From: an uncultured bacterium
GTDB taxonomy: Bacteria > Fermentibacterota > Fermentibacteria > Fermentibacterales > JCC-6
DNA length: 64,000 nucleotides
Reading direction: 5' to 3'
Assembly (NCBI GenBank): GCA_964553045.1
Contig: CAZKJG010000008.1
Location: forward strand, 27,465-91,464
This document shows positions 55,841 through 64,000 of this stretch, piece after piece. The notes below the pieces were generated by a model. The model saw nothing but the letters and a program-made list of their open reading frames with translations. It was not told the DNA's origin and made no database searches. A program made the position numbers and the translations under genes. Each line of letters opens with the position of its first letter. Within the stretch, counting starts at the first letter, position 1.

Positions 55841-56411
55841 AGAGATCGGCAGTACGGCCAGGGCTTACGTGGAGGCGGCCGGGGCCGCATTTCAGGGTAT
55901 CGATACGGAGGACCTGGAGAGGGCCGTGGAGGTCTGCTGGAGATCCCTGGCCTCCGGGGGCAGGCTCCTGGTCTGCGGAAACGGCGGAAGCGCAGCCGAT
56001 TCGCAGCACCTGGCTGCGGAGCTGGTCGGCCGCTTCAGGCTGGAGAGGCGGGGCATGCCGGCCGTATCCCTGTCCGCCGACACCGCGGTGCTTACGGCCC
56101 TGGCCAACGACTACGGCTACGAGAGGGTCTTCGCCCGCCAGGTGGAGGCGCTGGGAAGGCCGGGGGACGTACTGCTGGCCATCTCCACCAGCGGCAGATC
56201 GGACAACGTTATCGGGGCCGCCGAATGTGCTTCCAGGACGGGTATGGAGGTTGTGGGCCTGACCGGATCCGACCCCGGACCCCTGGGGGCCCGCTGCGAC
56301 GTCGTGGTCCGGGCGCCTTCCCCGGTCACCAGCCACGCGCAGGAGTGCATGCTGGTGCTCGAGCACGCGTTGTGCCACTGCCTGGAGTCCAGGCTGGAGG
56401 CGCATGGCTAG
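55830..56411 (+). CDS. gmhA: Phosphoheptose (sedoheptulose-7-phosphate) isomerase, SIS domain
   Basis: ...LLVCGNGGSAADSQHLAAELVGRF...LLAISTSGRSDNV. Confidence 0.85.
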   Translation: MDAEEIGSTARAYVEAAGAAFQGIDTEDLERAVEVCWRSLASGGRLLVCGNGGSAADSQHLAAELVGRFRLERRGMPAVSLSADTAVLTALANDYGYERVFARQVEALGRPGDVLLAISTSGRSDNVIGAAECASRTGMEVVGLTGSDPGPLGARCDVVVRAPSPVTSHAQECMLVLEHALCHCLESRLEAHG

Positions 56412-57444
56412 AAGGGGAGGAACCGGGCTGGTCCTCAGGGCGGTCCTGGGTCTGGCCATCGCCGGGGCCACGCTCTGGCTGACCTACCGCCGGACGGACC
56501 TCGACGCCCTCGGCGGGGCGCTGGCGCAGTCGGACTGGCCCTGGCTGGCCGCCGTGCTTCCCCTCCTGGCCCTGAGCTACGTTCTGCGCATAGTGCGCTG
56601 GCGCATACTGCTCACCCCGGTGGGGAGGGTCAGCTTTCGGGCGGCCATCGCCCCGCTCCTCAGCGGGTTCATGATCAACTCCATACTGCCCGGACGGGTG
56701 GGCGAGGTGGCCAGGGCCCTGCTCCTCTCACGGAAGACGGGCGTCCCCCGGGCCTCCTCCATGGCCACCGTGGTGCTGGCCCGCCTGTTCGACGGGCTCA
56801 CCCTGACGGCCTTCACGCTGCTGGTGCTCCTCTGCAGGTGGGACTCCTTCTCCCCCGGGGTGCGAATGGGCCTGGCCGGGGCCGGGTTCATGTACCTGGC
56901 AGTGCTGGCGGTGCTGGTGGCTCTTCGAGTGTGGCACGAGCGGGCGGCCGCGGCAGTGGCCCGTCCCTTCCGCCTCCTCTCCTCCGGCCTGGCGGGCAGG
57001 GTGGAGTCCGTGCTGGTCTCTTTCTCCGAGGGGCTTGCGGTGCTGCGCAGCGGCCGGGAGGTCGTGCAGGTATCGCTCATCTCGGCCGGCGTCTGGCTGT
57101 CCCTGGCGGTGTCCACCGTTCCCGCGCTGCTCGCCCTGAGGATGGAGGTCGACCCGCTGCTCCCCTTCCTCATACTGGTCCTGGCCGCCTTTGGAATGCT
57201 CATACCCACACCGGCGGGAACCGGTACGATCCACTACGCCCTGGGCGTTCTGCTGCCCGCCATAGCCGCCGTACCGGAAACCAGGGCGAAGCTCCTTGCC
57301 ATCGTATTCCACGCCAGTCAGTTCCTTCCGATCATCGTGGCAGGGCTGGCGGCCGCCGCCGCCGAGGGCCTGGGCGCCGGCGAGATCGGAAGGTACGCCG
57401 GGGAGACCGGGGACGACGTGACGTTGACGGATCCCTCGAATTAG
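56404..57444 (+). CDS. Flippase-like / lysylphosphatidylglycerol-synthase TM-region family membrane protein (YbhN/UPF0104)
   Basis: 8 predicted TM helices; ...VLRIVRWRILL...INSILPGRVGEVAR.... Confidence 0.6.
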   Translation: MARRGGTGLVLRAVLGLAIAGATLWLTYRRTDLDALGGALAQSDWPWLAAVLPLLALSYVLRIVRWRILLTPVGRVSFRAAIAPLLSGFMINSILPGRVGEVARALLLSRKTGVPRASSMATVVLARLFDGLTLTAFTLLVLLCRWDSFSPGVRMGLAGAGFMYLAVLAVLVALRVWHERAAAAVARPFRLLSSGLAGRVESVLVSFSEGLAVLRSGREVVQVSLISAGVWLSLAVSTVPALLALRMEVDPLLPFLILVLAAFGMLIPTPAGTGTIHYALGVLLPAIAAVPETRAKLLAIVFHASQFLPIIVAGLAAAAAEGLGAGEIGRYAGETGDDVTLTDPSN

Positions 57445-57458
57445 TTATACCTAACTAA
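57441..57458. promoter_or_regulatory. AT-rich perfect inverted repeat TTAGTTA-N4-TAACTAA (candidate operator)
   Basis: A 7-bp perfect IR in an AT island at the 3' end of the YbhN-like gene, upstream of the ferredoxin/MinD cluster. Confidence 0.35.
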
Positions 57459-57526
57459 GCCATTGTGGCCCGGAACCCTCCCGGCCCGCGTGCGTTTCCG
57501 TACGCAAGACGCCGGTTTCCAATGGA

Positions 57527-57835
57527 ATGGAAGGCTCGCTCATTCGGGCATCTTTCTTGCATGCGATACTGGAGGGTGTGCGGCGTCTCTTCGGAAGCGG
57601 CGCCGGGAGGGCGGAGGGCTACCCCGGCAGAGGTCTGCTGGGAAGGCCTACGCCCCTGCGAAGGGCGGTGGTTGATGTCGACAGCTGCCGCGGCTGCGGA
57701 ACCTGCGCCTCCATCTGCTACTACCGCAGGATTCGGCTGAAGCGGGGGACCGCACGGGTCCTCAGGGGCTGCCAGGGATGCGGCGCCTGCGCCCGTGAGT
57801 GCCCCGAAGACGCGATAGCAATGGTGAATACGTGA
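57527..57835 (+). CDS. Small 2x[4Fe-4S] ferredoxin-like protein (start uncertain)
   Basis: CRGCGTCASIC and CQGCGACARECP motifs. The functional start may be the internal GTG near 57670. Confidence 0.55.
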   Translation: MEGSLIRASFLHAILEGVRRLFGSGAGRAEGYPGRGLLGRPTPLRRAVVDVDSCRGCGTCASICYYRRIRLKRGTARVLRGCQGCGACARECPEDAIAMVNT

Positions 57836-57851
57836 TCCGGCAGACCGAAGG

Positions 57852-58748
57852 GTGGAACGGGACTTGACCATCAAGCTGGCCCTGGCCAGCGGCAAGGGCG
57901 GTACCGGAAAGACCACACTGGCCACCGGGCTGGCCGCGGCGGCGGCCATGCGCGGCATGGACGCGGTGTACGTGGACTGCGACGTGGAGGAGCCCAACGG
58001 TCATCTCTTCCTGCATCCGCGGATGGACCGGTCCAGGGAGGTGCGGGTGCCGGTGCCCAGGGTGAACGGGGAGACCTGTACTCTCTGCGGGCGTTGCGGA
58101 GAGGTCTGCCAGTACGGGGCGATCACGGCGCTGCCCAATACGGTGGCCACCTTCCCCGAGCTGTGCCACGGCTGCGGCGGTTGCACCATGGCGTGCCCGG
58201 AGGGGGCAATCAGGGAGGTGGGGCGGGCCGTGGGAAGGATCGAACTGGGGGAGGCGGCCGTTCCCGGCGGAAACCTGTCCTTCGTACACGGGGTGCTGAA
58301 CGTGGGAGAGGCCATGGCGCCTCCGGTCATAGACGCCGTGCTGAGGGACGCGCCCTCCTCCCGGCTGATGGTGGTGGACAGCCCTCCGGGAACCGCCTGC
58401 CCCATGATAGCCGCCCTGCGCGGAAGCGATTACGTGGTGCTGGTCACCGAGCCAACTCCCTTCGGGCTCAGCGACCTGAAGCTGGCGGCGAAGACCGTGG
58501 ACCGGATGCGCATACCCTTCGGCACCGTCATCAACCGGGTGGGAACGGGAGACGACTCGGTGGACAGATGGTGCGAAGGGAAGGGCATAGAGGTGCTGGC
58601 CCGAATACCCTTCCGGAGGGAGCTGGCCGAGGCCTACTCCCGGGGGGAGCTTCTTCCGGCGGCCTCGCCGGAGATGCGTGGCTGGATGGACGACATGCTG
58701 GACGGGATCCTGGCCCGCCGGGAGGGAGCGGTCCGATTAGGGAGCTGA
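57852..58748 (+). CDS. MinD/ParA/Mrp-family P-loop ATPase with an inserted 4Fe-4S ferredoxin domain (paralog 1)
   Basis: GTG start; deviant Walker A ASGKGGTGKTT; inserted CTLCGRCGEVC...CHGCGGCTMACP. Confidence 0.8.
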   Translation: MERDLTIKLALASGKGGTGKTTLATGLAAAAAMRGMDAVYVDCDVEEPNGHLFLHPRMDRSREVRVPVPRVNGETCTLCGRCGEVCQYGAITALPNTVATFPELCHGCGGCTMACPEGAIREVGRAVGRIELGEAAVPGGNLSFVHGVLNVGEAMAPPVIDAVLRDAPSSRLMVVDSPPGTACPMIAALRGSDYVVLVTEPTPFGLSDLKLAAKTVDRMRIPFGTVINRVGTGDDSVDRWCEGKGIEVLARIPFRRELAEAYSRGELLPAASPEMRGWMDDMLDGILARREGAVRLGS

Positions 58749-58750
58749 CC

Positions 58751-59617
58751 GTGGTGAGCGGCAAGGGCGGGACGGGCAAGACCTCCCTGGCGGCCTCCAT
58801 ATCCGTTCTGGCGCCGGACAGCGTGCTGGCCGACTGCGACGTGGACGCCGCGGACCTCTACCTGGTCTTCGACCCCCGGCGGCTGGACAGCGAGGAGTTC
58901 TCCGGGGGCAGCAAGGCCTCGGTGATCACCGACCTCTGCACCGGCTGCGGACGCTGCGTGGAGGTCTGCCGCTTCGACGCATTCACCCGCGAGGGGAGCG
59001 AGCCCCCCGTGGTGGACCGGACTTTCTGCGAGGGCTGCGGAGTATGCCGGCTGGCCTGCCCCGCCGATGCCGTAGACTTCTCGCCCTCCCGCGACGGGTG
59101 GGTCTACCGGTCGGGCACCAGGCGCGGCCCCATGGTGCACGCCGAGCTGGCCCCGGGCCGCGAGAACTCCGGCAAGCTGGTGAGCCTGGTTCGGAAGAGG
59201 GCTGCGCAGTGGGCTGGCAGAAAAGGACTTGACCTGGTAGTAATAGATGGTTCGCCCGGCATCGGGTGTCCGGTGATCGCCTCGCTCACCGGGGTGGACC
59301 TGGCGCTGATGCTGGTCGAGCCCTCGGTCTCCGGCGCCCACGACCTGCAGAGGCTGCTGTCTCTGTCCTCGCGGCTGGGCGTGGAGTCGGCGGTGGCCGT
59401 GAACAGATGGGACATAAGCCCGGAGATGACCGGGAGGATAGAGGGCATGGCGCGAAAGGCGGGAGCGGAGGTCCTGGGCCGCATTCGCTACGATGACCGC
59501 GTCACGGAAGCCATAGTCGCCCGAAAGGCCCCGGTGGAGCACTTCGGGGAGGGGGCGGCGGAGGACATGAGGCAGGTCTGGCGCAGAGCGGAGAGCCTTC
59601 TGCGCCGGCAGGGATAG
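58751..59617 (+). CDS. MinD/ParA/Mrp-family P-loop ATPase with an inserted 4Fe-4S ferredoxin domain (paralog 2; start uncertain)
   Basis: VSGKGGTGKTS, CTGCGRCVEVC...CEGCGVCRLACP. The start may lie a few codons upstream (in-frame ATT 58736 / CTG 58745) to include IRELTVV. Confidence 0.7.
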   Translation: MVSGKGGTGKTSLAASISVLAPDSVLADCDVDAADLYLVFDPRRLDSEEFSGGSKASVITDLCTGCGRCVEVCRFDAFTREGSEPPVVDRTFCEGCGVCRLACPADAVDFSPSRDGWVYRSGTRRGPMVHAELAPGRENSGKLVSLVRKRAAQWAGRKGLDLVVIDGSPGIGCPVIASLTGVDLALMLVEPSVSGAHDLQRLLSLSSRLGVESAVAVNRWDISPEMTGRIEGMARKAGAEVLGRIRYDDRVTEAIVARKAPVEHFGEGAAEDMRQVWRRAESLLRRQG

Positions 59618-59625
59618 GAGAGACC

Positions 59626-59877
59626 ATGCCCACCTACGACTACGAGTGCAGGGCCTGTGGAAACAGGTTCGAGAGGTTCCAGAAGATCACCGACGATCCC
59701 CTGGAGGAGTGCCCCGAGTGCGGGGGTAGCGTGGAGCGCCTCATCGGAGGCGGCGCCGGGCTTATCTTCAAGGGTCCGGGATTCCACGCCACCGACTACC
59801 GCAGCGGAGGGCCTTCCGAAAACGGCGAATCGTGCTGCCCCAACGGCAGCTGCTGCAGCGACGGTTCCTGCGACTGA
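59626..59877 (+). CDS. FmdB-family zinc-ribbon protein with a Cys-rich tail
   Basis: MPTYDYECRACGNRFERFQ...CPECGG; tail CCPNGSCCSDGSCD. Confidence 0.8.
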   Translation: MPTYDYECRACGNRFERFQKITDDPLEECPECGGSVERLIGGGAGLIFKGPGFHATDYRSGGPSENGESCCPNGSCCSDGSCD

Positions 59878-59959
59878 CCGTTGCTGGGCACGGGGACGGG
59901 GCGTTCGTATAATACCCGGGACATCCCGGCAGTGAGCACACCCAATCCGGAGAAGCACT

Positions 59960-61282
59960 ATGGCAACGGCCAGTTGGCGCACGATCCCGGCTGCGGTTGC
60001 CCTCGTCCTGGTCGTTGCGGCCTGCGGGGGGGACGGTGCGGAGGACGGCGCGGCCACCGTAATCTTCTGGCACGCCATGGGAGGGCCGCTGGGCGAGATG
60101 CTGGAGGACACCCTGATCGCCGAGTTCAACGCCTCCCACCCCGGCATAGAGGTGCTGCCCGTCTCCATGGGCAACTACCGGGCCCTGAGCCAGAAGATCA
60201 TGGCCAGCGTAATGGCCGGAAGTCCCCCGGTGGTGGCCCAGGCCTACGAGACCTGGACCGCGCAGCTTATAGACGGCGGCGTCCTGGTGAGCTTCGACAG
60301 CCTGATGGCCTCCGATGCCTCCTTCACCGAAGAGCAGTGGGAGGACTTCTTCGAGGTCTTCCGGCGCAACAACAGCTTCGACGGCACCGTGTACAGCTTT
60401 CCCTTCAACAAGAGCGTCCCCGCCATCTACTACAACACCACCCTCTTCGACAGCCTGGGGCTGGAGCCCGCCGATACCTGGGAGGAGCAGCGGCGGCTGC
60501 TGCGCAGGCTCACCATCGACGGCAACGCCGACGGCGATTTGCGAGACGAGTCCGACGTATGGGGAACCGCCTTCTCCGTGAGCACATGGATGTTCGAGAA
60601 CCTGCTGGTGCAGGCCGGAGGGGACCTGATGGCGCCGGACTCGCAGAGCACGGCCTTTGCCGGACGCCGGGGAGTGGAGGCCCTGGAGTTCCTCTCCTCG
60701 CTGATACACGAGGACAGCGTGGCCTACCTGTCCACCGGCTACGAGCACCAGAAGGAGTTCGCCGATGGCAGGGTGGGGCTGGTGCAGGGCTCGGTGACCT
60801 CGCTGGCCTTCATGGAGAGCGACATGGCGCGGCGGGCGGAGAACGGGCTGTCGACGTTCAGGATAGGAATAGCCCCCCTGCCCGCCGGACGCAGGCGGGG
60901 AGTTATCATATCCGGCACCAACGTGGTGATATTCAGCGGCCACCCCGTGGCCCGAATAGACGCCGCCTGGGAGTTCGTGAAGTGGTTCACCGCGCCACAG
61001 CAGCAGGCCCGATGGTTCGCGGCCACCGGTTACCTGCCCGCCAGGATCAGCTCCCTTGAGGAACCCGCCGCCCGGGCCAGGATCGAGGAGTACCCGGGGC
61101 TGCGGGGGGTTCTGGGGCAGCTGGAGTACGCCACATTCGAGCCCCAGCTGAAAGCTTGGTTCGACGGCCGGGAGTTCCTCTCCGAGGCCGTCGAGATAGC
61201 GATATACGGACAGATGACACCGGAGGAGGCCCTCGGGCGGGCGGCGGAGCTCGCCGACGAGGAGATCTCCACGACGGACTGA
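59960..61282 (+). CDS. ABC transporter extracellular solute-binding lipoprotein (family-1, sugar/oligosaccharide type)
   Basis: Lipobox VVAACGG. Type-2 periplasmic-binding-fold hallmarks (...IFWHAMGG..., SFPFNKSVPAIYYN). Confidence 0.7.
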   Translation: MATASWRTIPAAVALVLVVAACGGDGAEDGAATVIFWHAMGGPLGEMLEDTLIAEFNASHPGIEVLPVSMGNYRALSQKIMASVMAGSPPVVAQAYETWTAQLIDGGVLVSFDSLMASDASFTEEQWEDFFEVFRRNNSFDGTVYSFPFNKSVPAIYYNTTLFDSLGLEPADTWEEQRRLLRRLTIDGNADGDLRDESDVWGTAFSVSTWMFENLLVQAGGDLMAPDSQSTAFAGRRGVEALEFLSSLIHEDSVAYLSTGYEHQKEFADGRVGLVQGSVTSLAFMESDMARRAENGLSTFRIGIAPLPAGRRRGVIISGTNVVIFSGHPVARIDAAWEFVKWFTAPQQQARWFAATGYLPARISSLEEPAARARIEEYPGLRGVLGQLEYATFEPQLKAWFDGREFLSEAVEIAIYGQMTPEEALGRAAELADEEISTTD

Positions 61283-61307
61283 GAACAGCACAGAGAAAGG
61301 GGACCGG

Positions 61308-62330
61308 ATGAGAGCAACCAGGCTGGCGCTCATTGCGCTCTGCTGCGCGGTGCCCGCCATGGCCCAGCCGCTGCTGACGGTGGCCGAGGCCCGCCAGGAT
61401 GCCGACGGAGACGGCGTCCCGGATTACTCCGGGGAGGTCGTCACCATAGAGGCCACGGCTACCTGCGAGGGAACGCTGTTCAGCACCGGCTCGGGGCTCA
61501 GCTTCTACGTACAGGACCCCACCGCCGGCATCAACGTGTACGGCCCGGGCCTGACCCCGGACCAGCCCATCGAGGCCGGAGACAGCCTGCGCATCACCGG
61601 CGAGATAACCCAGTACAACGGCCTCGTGGAGATAAAGCCCGACACGGAGAGCGACATCGAGTACCTGGGATCCCCCGGTGTGCCCGACCCCCTGCAGCTG
61701 GTTCTAAACCAGGGGGTCTCCGAGAGCGTGGAGGGCATGCTGCTGAACCTGGGAGACCAGTCCGGGCAGCAGTGGGTGACGGTGGCCGACAACCCCAGCT
61801 TCGCCGGAGGCGGCTACAACTTCACGGTTTGGAACGGTGAGACTGCCGTTGCCATAAGGGTGAACGAGAGCACCGGGATATCCGTCTCGGGCCTGGAGCC
61901 CGGGGTCAGACTTTTCCTCACCGGCATCGGGGGCCAGTACGACTCCGAGCCCCCATACGACAGCGGCTACCAGCTGCTGCCCCGCTACCCCTCGGACCTG
62001 ACCGTCTTCCAGCCCTCCATCGGCGAGGGCTTCCACCTCGACCTGTGGGACAACCCCTTCTCCCCCGCCCTCGGCGAGCAGTGCCACATGGAGTACGGCG
62101 GCCCCGACGACATGAGGTTCACCCTCATCGTTTACGACCGCTCCGGCAGGGAGGTGGCCAGACTGGCCGACTCCCGCTACGGCGGAGATATCCTGATGTA
62201 CGACGGAAGAGACGACAGCGAGGTCAAGCTGCCCGTGGGCCAGTACATACTGCTCCTGGAGGGAGTCGGCCCCGACGGCAGCAGGTACACCACCACCGAG
62301 ACGCTGGTGGTGGCAGAGCGGTTGAATTGA
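61308..62330 (+). CDS. Secreted protein with a C-terminal T9SS-type (FlgD-Ig-like) sorting domain
   Basis: Signal peptide; C-term ...FHLDLWDNPFSPALGEQCHMEYGG...FTLIVYDRSGREVARL...LPVGQYILLLEGVG...TLVVAERLN. Confidence 0.6.
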   Translation: MRATRLALIALCCAVPAMAQPLLTVAEARQDADGDGVPDYSGEVVTIEATATCEGTLFSTGSGLSFYVQDPTAGINVYGPGLTPDQPIEAGDSLRITGEITQYNGLVEIKPDTESDIEYLGSPGVPDPLQLVLNQGVSESVEGMLLNLGDQSGQQWVTVADNPSFAGGGYNFTVWNGETAVAIRVNESTGISVSGLEPGVRLFLTGIGGQYDSEPPYDSGYQLLPRYPSDLTVFQPSIGEGFHLDLWDNPFSPALGEQCHMEYGGPDDMRFTLIVYDRSGREVARLADSRYGGDILMYDGRDDSEVKLPVGQYILLLEGVGPDGSRYTTTETLVVAERLN

Positions 62331-62331
62331 G

Positions 62332-63159
62332 GTGACCATGAGGATCAAGTCAACGGCAGCCGCTCTGGCGCTGGCCCTCGCAATCGCCATGCCGTCATGG
62401 GCGGCCTTCGAGGAGCTGGAGGTGGGAGTACCGCTTCAGGCCATGGGCGGAACCGGCGTGGTGGGCACCGGGCTGTCGGCCGTGCTCTACAACCCCGCCG
62501 GACTGGCATGGCAGAAGGGCCCTTCAGTGGTGGCCGGGTCCCGGCTGCCCTTCACGAACATGGACTTCGCCACCCACGGACTCGACGGAGCGCTGCCCCT
62601 CTACGGAATGACGACCGCTGCGTCGCTGCGCTACTTCGGCAGCGACCTCTACAGCGAGCAGGTTCTGTTCCTTACCGCCGCCACGCTGCTTACCGATCAG
62701 ATGGCCTTCGGCCTGCAGCCCAGCATAGCAAGGACGGACATCTCCGACGGCGTGAGCTCCTACGGAAGCGCTACGGCCGTATCCTGGAACATGGGATTCC
62801 AGGTGAGGGTCTACCCCAGATGGATGCTGGCCGCGTCGGTCCGCAACCCGTTCCAGGCGAGACTGGGCGAGAGCGGCGACTACCTTCAGCGCCGGCTGGA
62901 CGGCGGGATCAGGTACGAGCCCGCCGAGGGCCTCGCCTCCCGGTTCGCCGTTTCCCAGGACTTCCGGGGTACCCGAGTAATGGTGGGACAGTCCCTTCCC
63001 CTGGGATCGGTGGTCCTTCGGGCCGGCGCCGTAAGCGACCCGGCCAGCCTGACCGCCGGAATGACCGTAGGCCTGGCCGGCATGGAGTTCGACTACGGGG
63101 TGCAGACCCATCCGGAGCTGGACCCCTCGCACCAGGCAGGGGTGAGGTATGCTTTCTAG
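62332..63159 (+). CDS. Small outer-membrane beta-barrel protein (FadL/PorV-like?), C-terminal ...VRYAF
   Basis: Signal peptide ALALALAIAMPSWA; NPAGLA motif; alternating strands; terminal aromatic Phe. Confidence 0.5.
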   Translation: MTMRIKSTAAALALALAIAMPSWAAFEELEVGVPLQAMGGTGVVGTGLSAVLYNPAGLAWQKGPSVVAGSRLPFTNMDFATHGLDGALPLYGMTTAASLRYFGSDLYSEQVLFLTAATLLTDQMAFGLQPSIARTDISDGVSSYGSATAVSWNMGFQVRVYPRWMLAASVRNPFQARLGESGDYLQRRLDGGIRYEPAEGLASRFAVSQDFRGTRVMVGQSLPLGSVVLRAGAVSDPASLTAGMTVGLAGMEFDYGVQTHPELDPSHQAGVRYAF

Positions 63160-64000
63160 CCTGCTGCTGGCACTTGCGGTAGCGGTCTCACCGGCGCAGA
63201 AGCCCGATCTGAACAGCGCCACCGTCGGGGAGATCTCCTCCCTGGCCGGACTGGAGCCGGCGGCGGCGGAGTCCTTGCAGGCCTACATCTTTCGGGCAGG
63301 CGGGCTGCGGGAGCTCTACCAGGCCCTGGAATGCGGGGCTGTGTCTCCCGGGGACCTGCGCCCGCTGGGGCGGGCTTTCAGAATAGCACCTCCGGGAGAG
63401 GGCGACCTCTCCCCGGAGGTCATGGACGTCATGGAGCGGCTGGCGGCCGAGGACGGCCCCGGTGACGCGGCCGTCGACGCCTGGGAGAACCTGCTGGTCC
63501 GCCCGCTCCCGGTGAACACGGCCAAGTCCTGGGACCTGCGCTCCCTGGACAGGGTCAGCCTGGTTGATGCCGCCGCCGTCGAGAGACGGCTGCACAACAT
63601 AGGCCCGGTTTCCAGCGTGCGATCGCTGCGCGACGTTCAGTACCTGAGCTACTACGGCTACCGCAACATGGAGGACTTCATCTCCACACGGGAGCTCGAC
63701 CTCTCCTCGATGGAGCTGTTCGGCTCCTACCGCATGGTGGTGGAGGGACTGTCGGGCCGGGAGGACTACGAGGAGGGCCTGGGGTACCAGCTGGACAACC
63801 TGGAGTCGGCCATGTACGACATGGAGACCGGCGGCCGCGACTACACGGGAAGTCCCGTGGACAGCGCCGAGGTCTACCAGAGGCTCGAATCCTCGCTGCA
63901 GCAGCTGGAGGGTGCCCGGGACGTGACGGGATTCCAGCACCGGGTGATGGTGGGGCTGGGCGATCGGATGCGCGGCGGACTCAGGCTGGCCCGGGAGGCG
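63149..64000 (+). CDS. ComEA-like helix-hairpin-helix DNA-binding protein, 3' end cut by the window edge
   Basis: Not in the ORF track (no stop in window). ATG 63149 overlaps the upstream gene by 11 nt. Signal peptide, then DLNSATVGEISSLAGLEPAAAESLQAYI (HhH). GC3-rich codon usage on the + strand. Confidence 0.55.
   Translation, partial: MLSSLLLALAVAVSPAQKPDLNSATVGEISSLAGLEPAAAESLQAYIFRAGGLRELYQALECGAVSPGDLRPLGRAFRIAPPGEGDLSPEVMDVMERLAAEDGPGDAAVDAWENLLVRPLPVNTAKSWDLRSLDRVSLVDAAAVERRLHNIGPVSSVRSLRDVQYLSYYGYRNMEDFISTRELDLSSMELFGSYRMVVEGLSGREDYEEGLGYQLDNLESAMYDMETGGRDYTGSPVDSAEVYQRLESSLQQLEGARDVTGFQHRVMVGLGDRMRGGLRLAREA

Noticed and set aside
57465-57740. ORF MARNPPGPRAF...MSTAAAAEPAPPSATTAGFG overlapping the ferredoxin-like ORF in another frame
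   Set aside because: It has no motifs. The competing frame carries two canonical CxxCxxC clusters.
58094-58735. N-terminal 210 aa of ORF 58094-59617, which overlaps MinD paralog 1 in a different frame
   Set aside because: The upstream part is an off-frame read-through. Homology to MinD/ParA begins only at ~58736 (IRELTVVSGKGGTGKT). I also considered a single frameshifted gene, but each half has its own complete P-loop and ferredoxin insert, so I treat them as two genes.
63188-63940. 250-aa minus-strand ORF at the window end
   Set aside because: It is antisense to a plus-strand frame that has a signal peptide, a ComEA-like HhH motif, GC3-rich codon usage and an ATG overlapping the upstream gene. 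The plus-strand partial CDS is preferred.

Overview
This 64 kb window is high-GC (~65%) bacterial chromosomal DNA, mostly occupied by the conserved translation/transcription gene superoperon, all on the + strand. The gene order is tRNA-Thr(TGT), tRNA-Tyr, a 176-bp tandem repeat block, tRNA-Gly, tRNA-Thr(GGT), tuf, rpmG, tRNA-Trp, secE, nusG, rplKAJL, rpoB, rpoC, rpsL, rpsG, fusA, then the S10 operon (rpsJ, rplCDWB, rpsS, rplV, rpsC, rplP, rpmC, rpsQ), the spc operon (rplNXE, rpsZ, rpsH, rplFR, rpsE, rpmD, rplO, secY, adk), infA, rpmJ, the alpha operon (rpsM, rpsK, rpoA, rplQ) and pfkA. Upstream (1-4100) lie the 3' end of a TPR plus beta-barrel exporter-like gene, a ~230-bp nested palindromic repeat element, and a minus-strand lipoprotein/ABC ATPase/FtsX-LolE-type permease operon. 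Downstream (36.8-64 kb) is a mixed region: a secreted protein with a T9SS/FlgD-Ig-type C-terminal domain, a DHOD-like oxidoreductase, ridA-tolQ-tolR-tolA-tolB-pal-cpoB, tig-clpP-clpX-engB-purA, a TatD::radical-SAM fusion, rsmA (ksgA) tightly coupled to a 600-aa outer-membrane beta-barrel, a lipoprotein and a TrmN6-like methyltransferase, rfbD-like and gmhA sugar genes, a YbhN-type membrane protein, a small ferredoxin with two tandem MinD/ParA ATPases carrying inserted 4Fe-4S ferredoxin domains, an FmdB zinc ribbon, an ABC solute-binding lipoprotein, a second T9SS-CTD protein, a small OM beta-barrel and a partial ComEA-like gene. I found no CRISPR array, no rRNA, and no transposase or integrase. 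The ORF track contains many long antisense ORFs, which I treat as stop-codon-poor artefacts of high GC.
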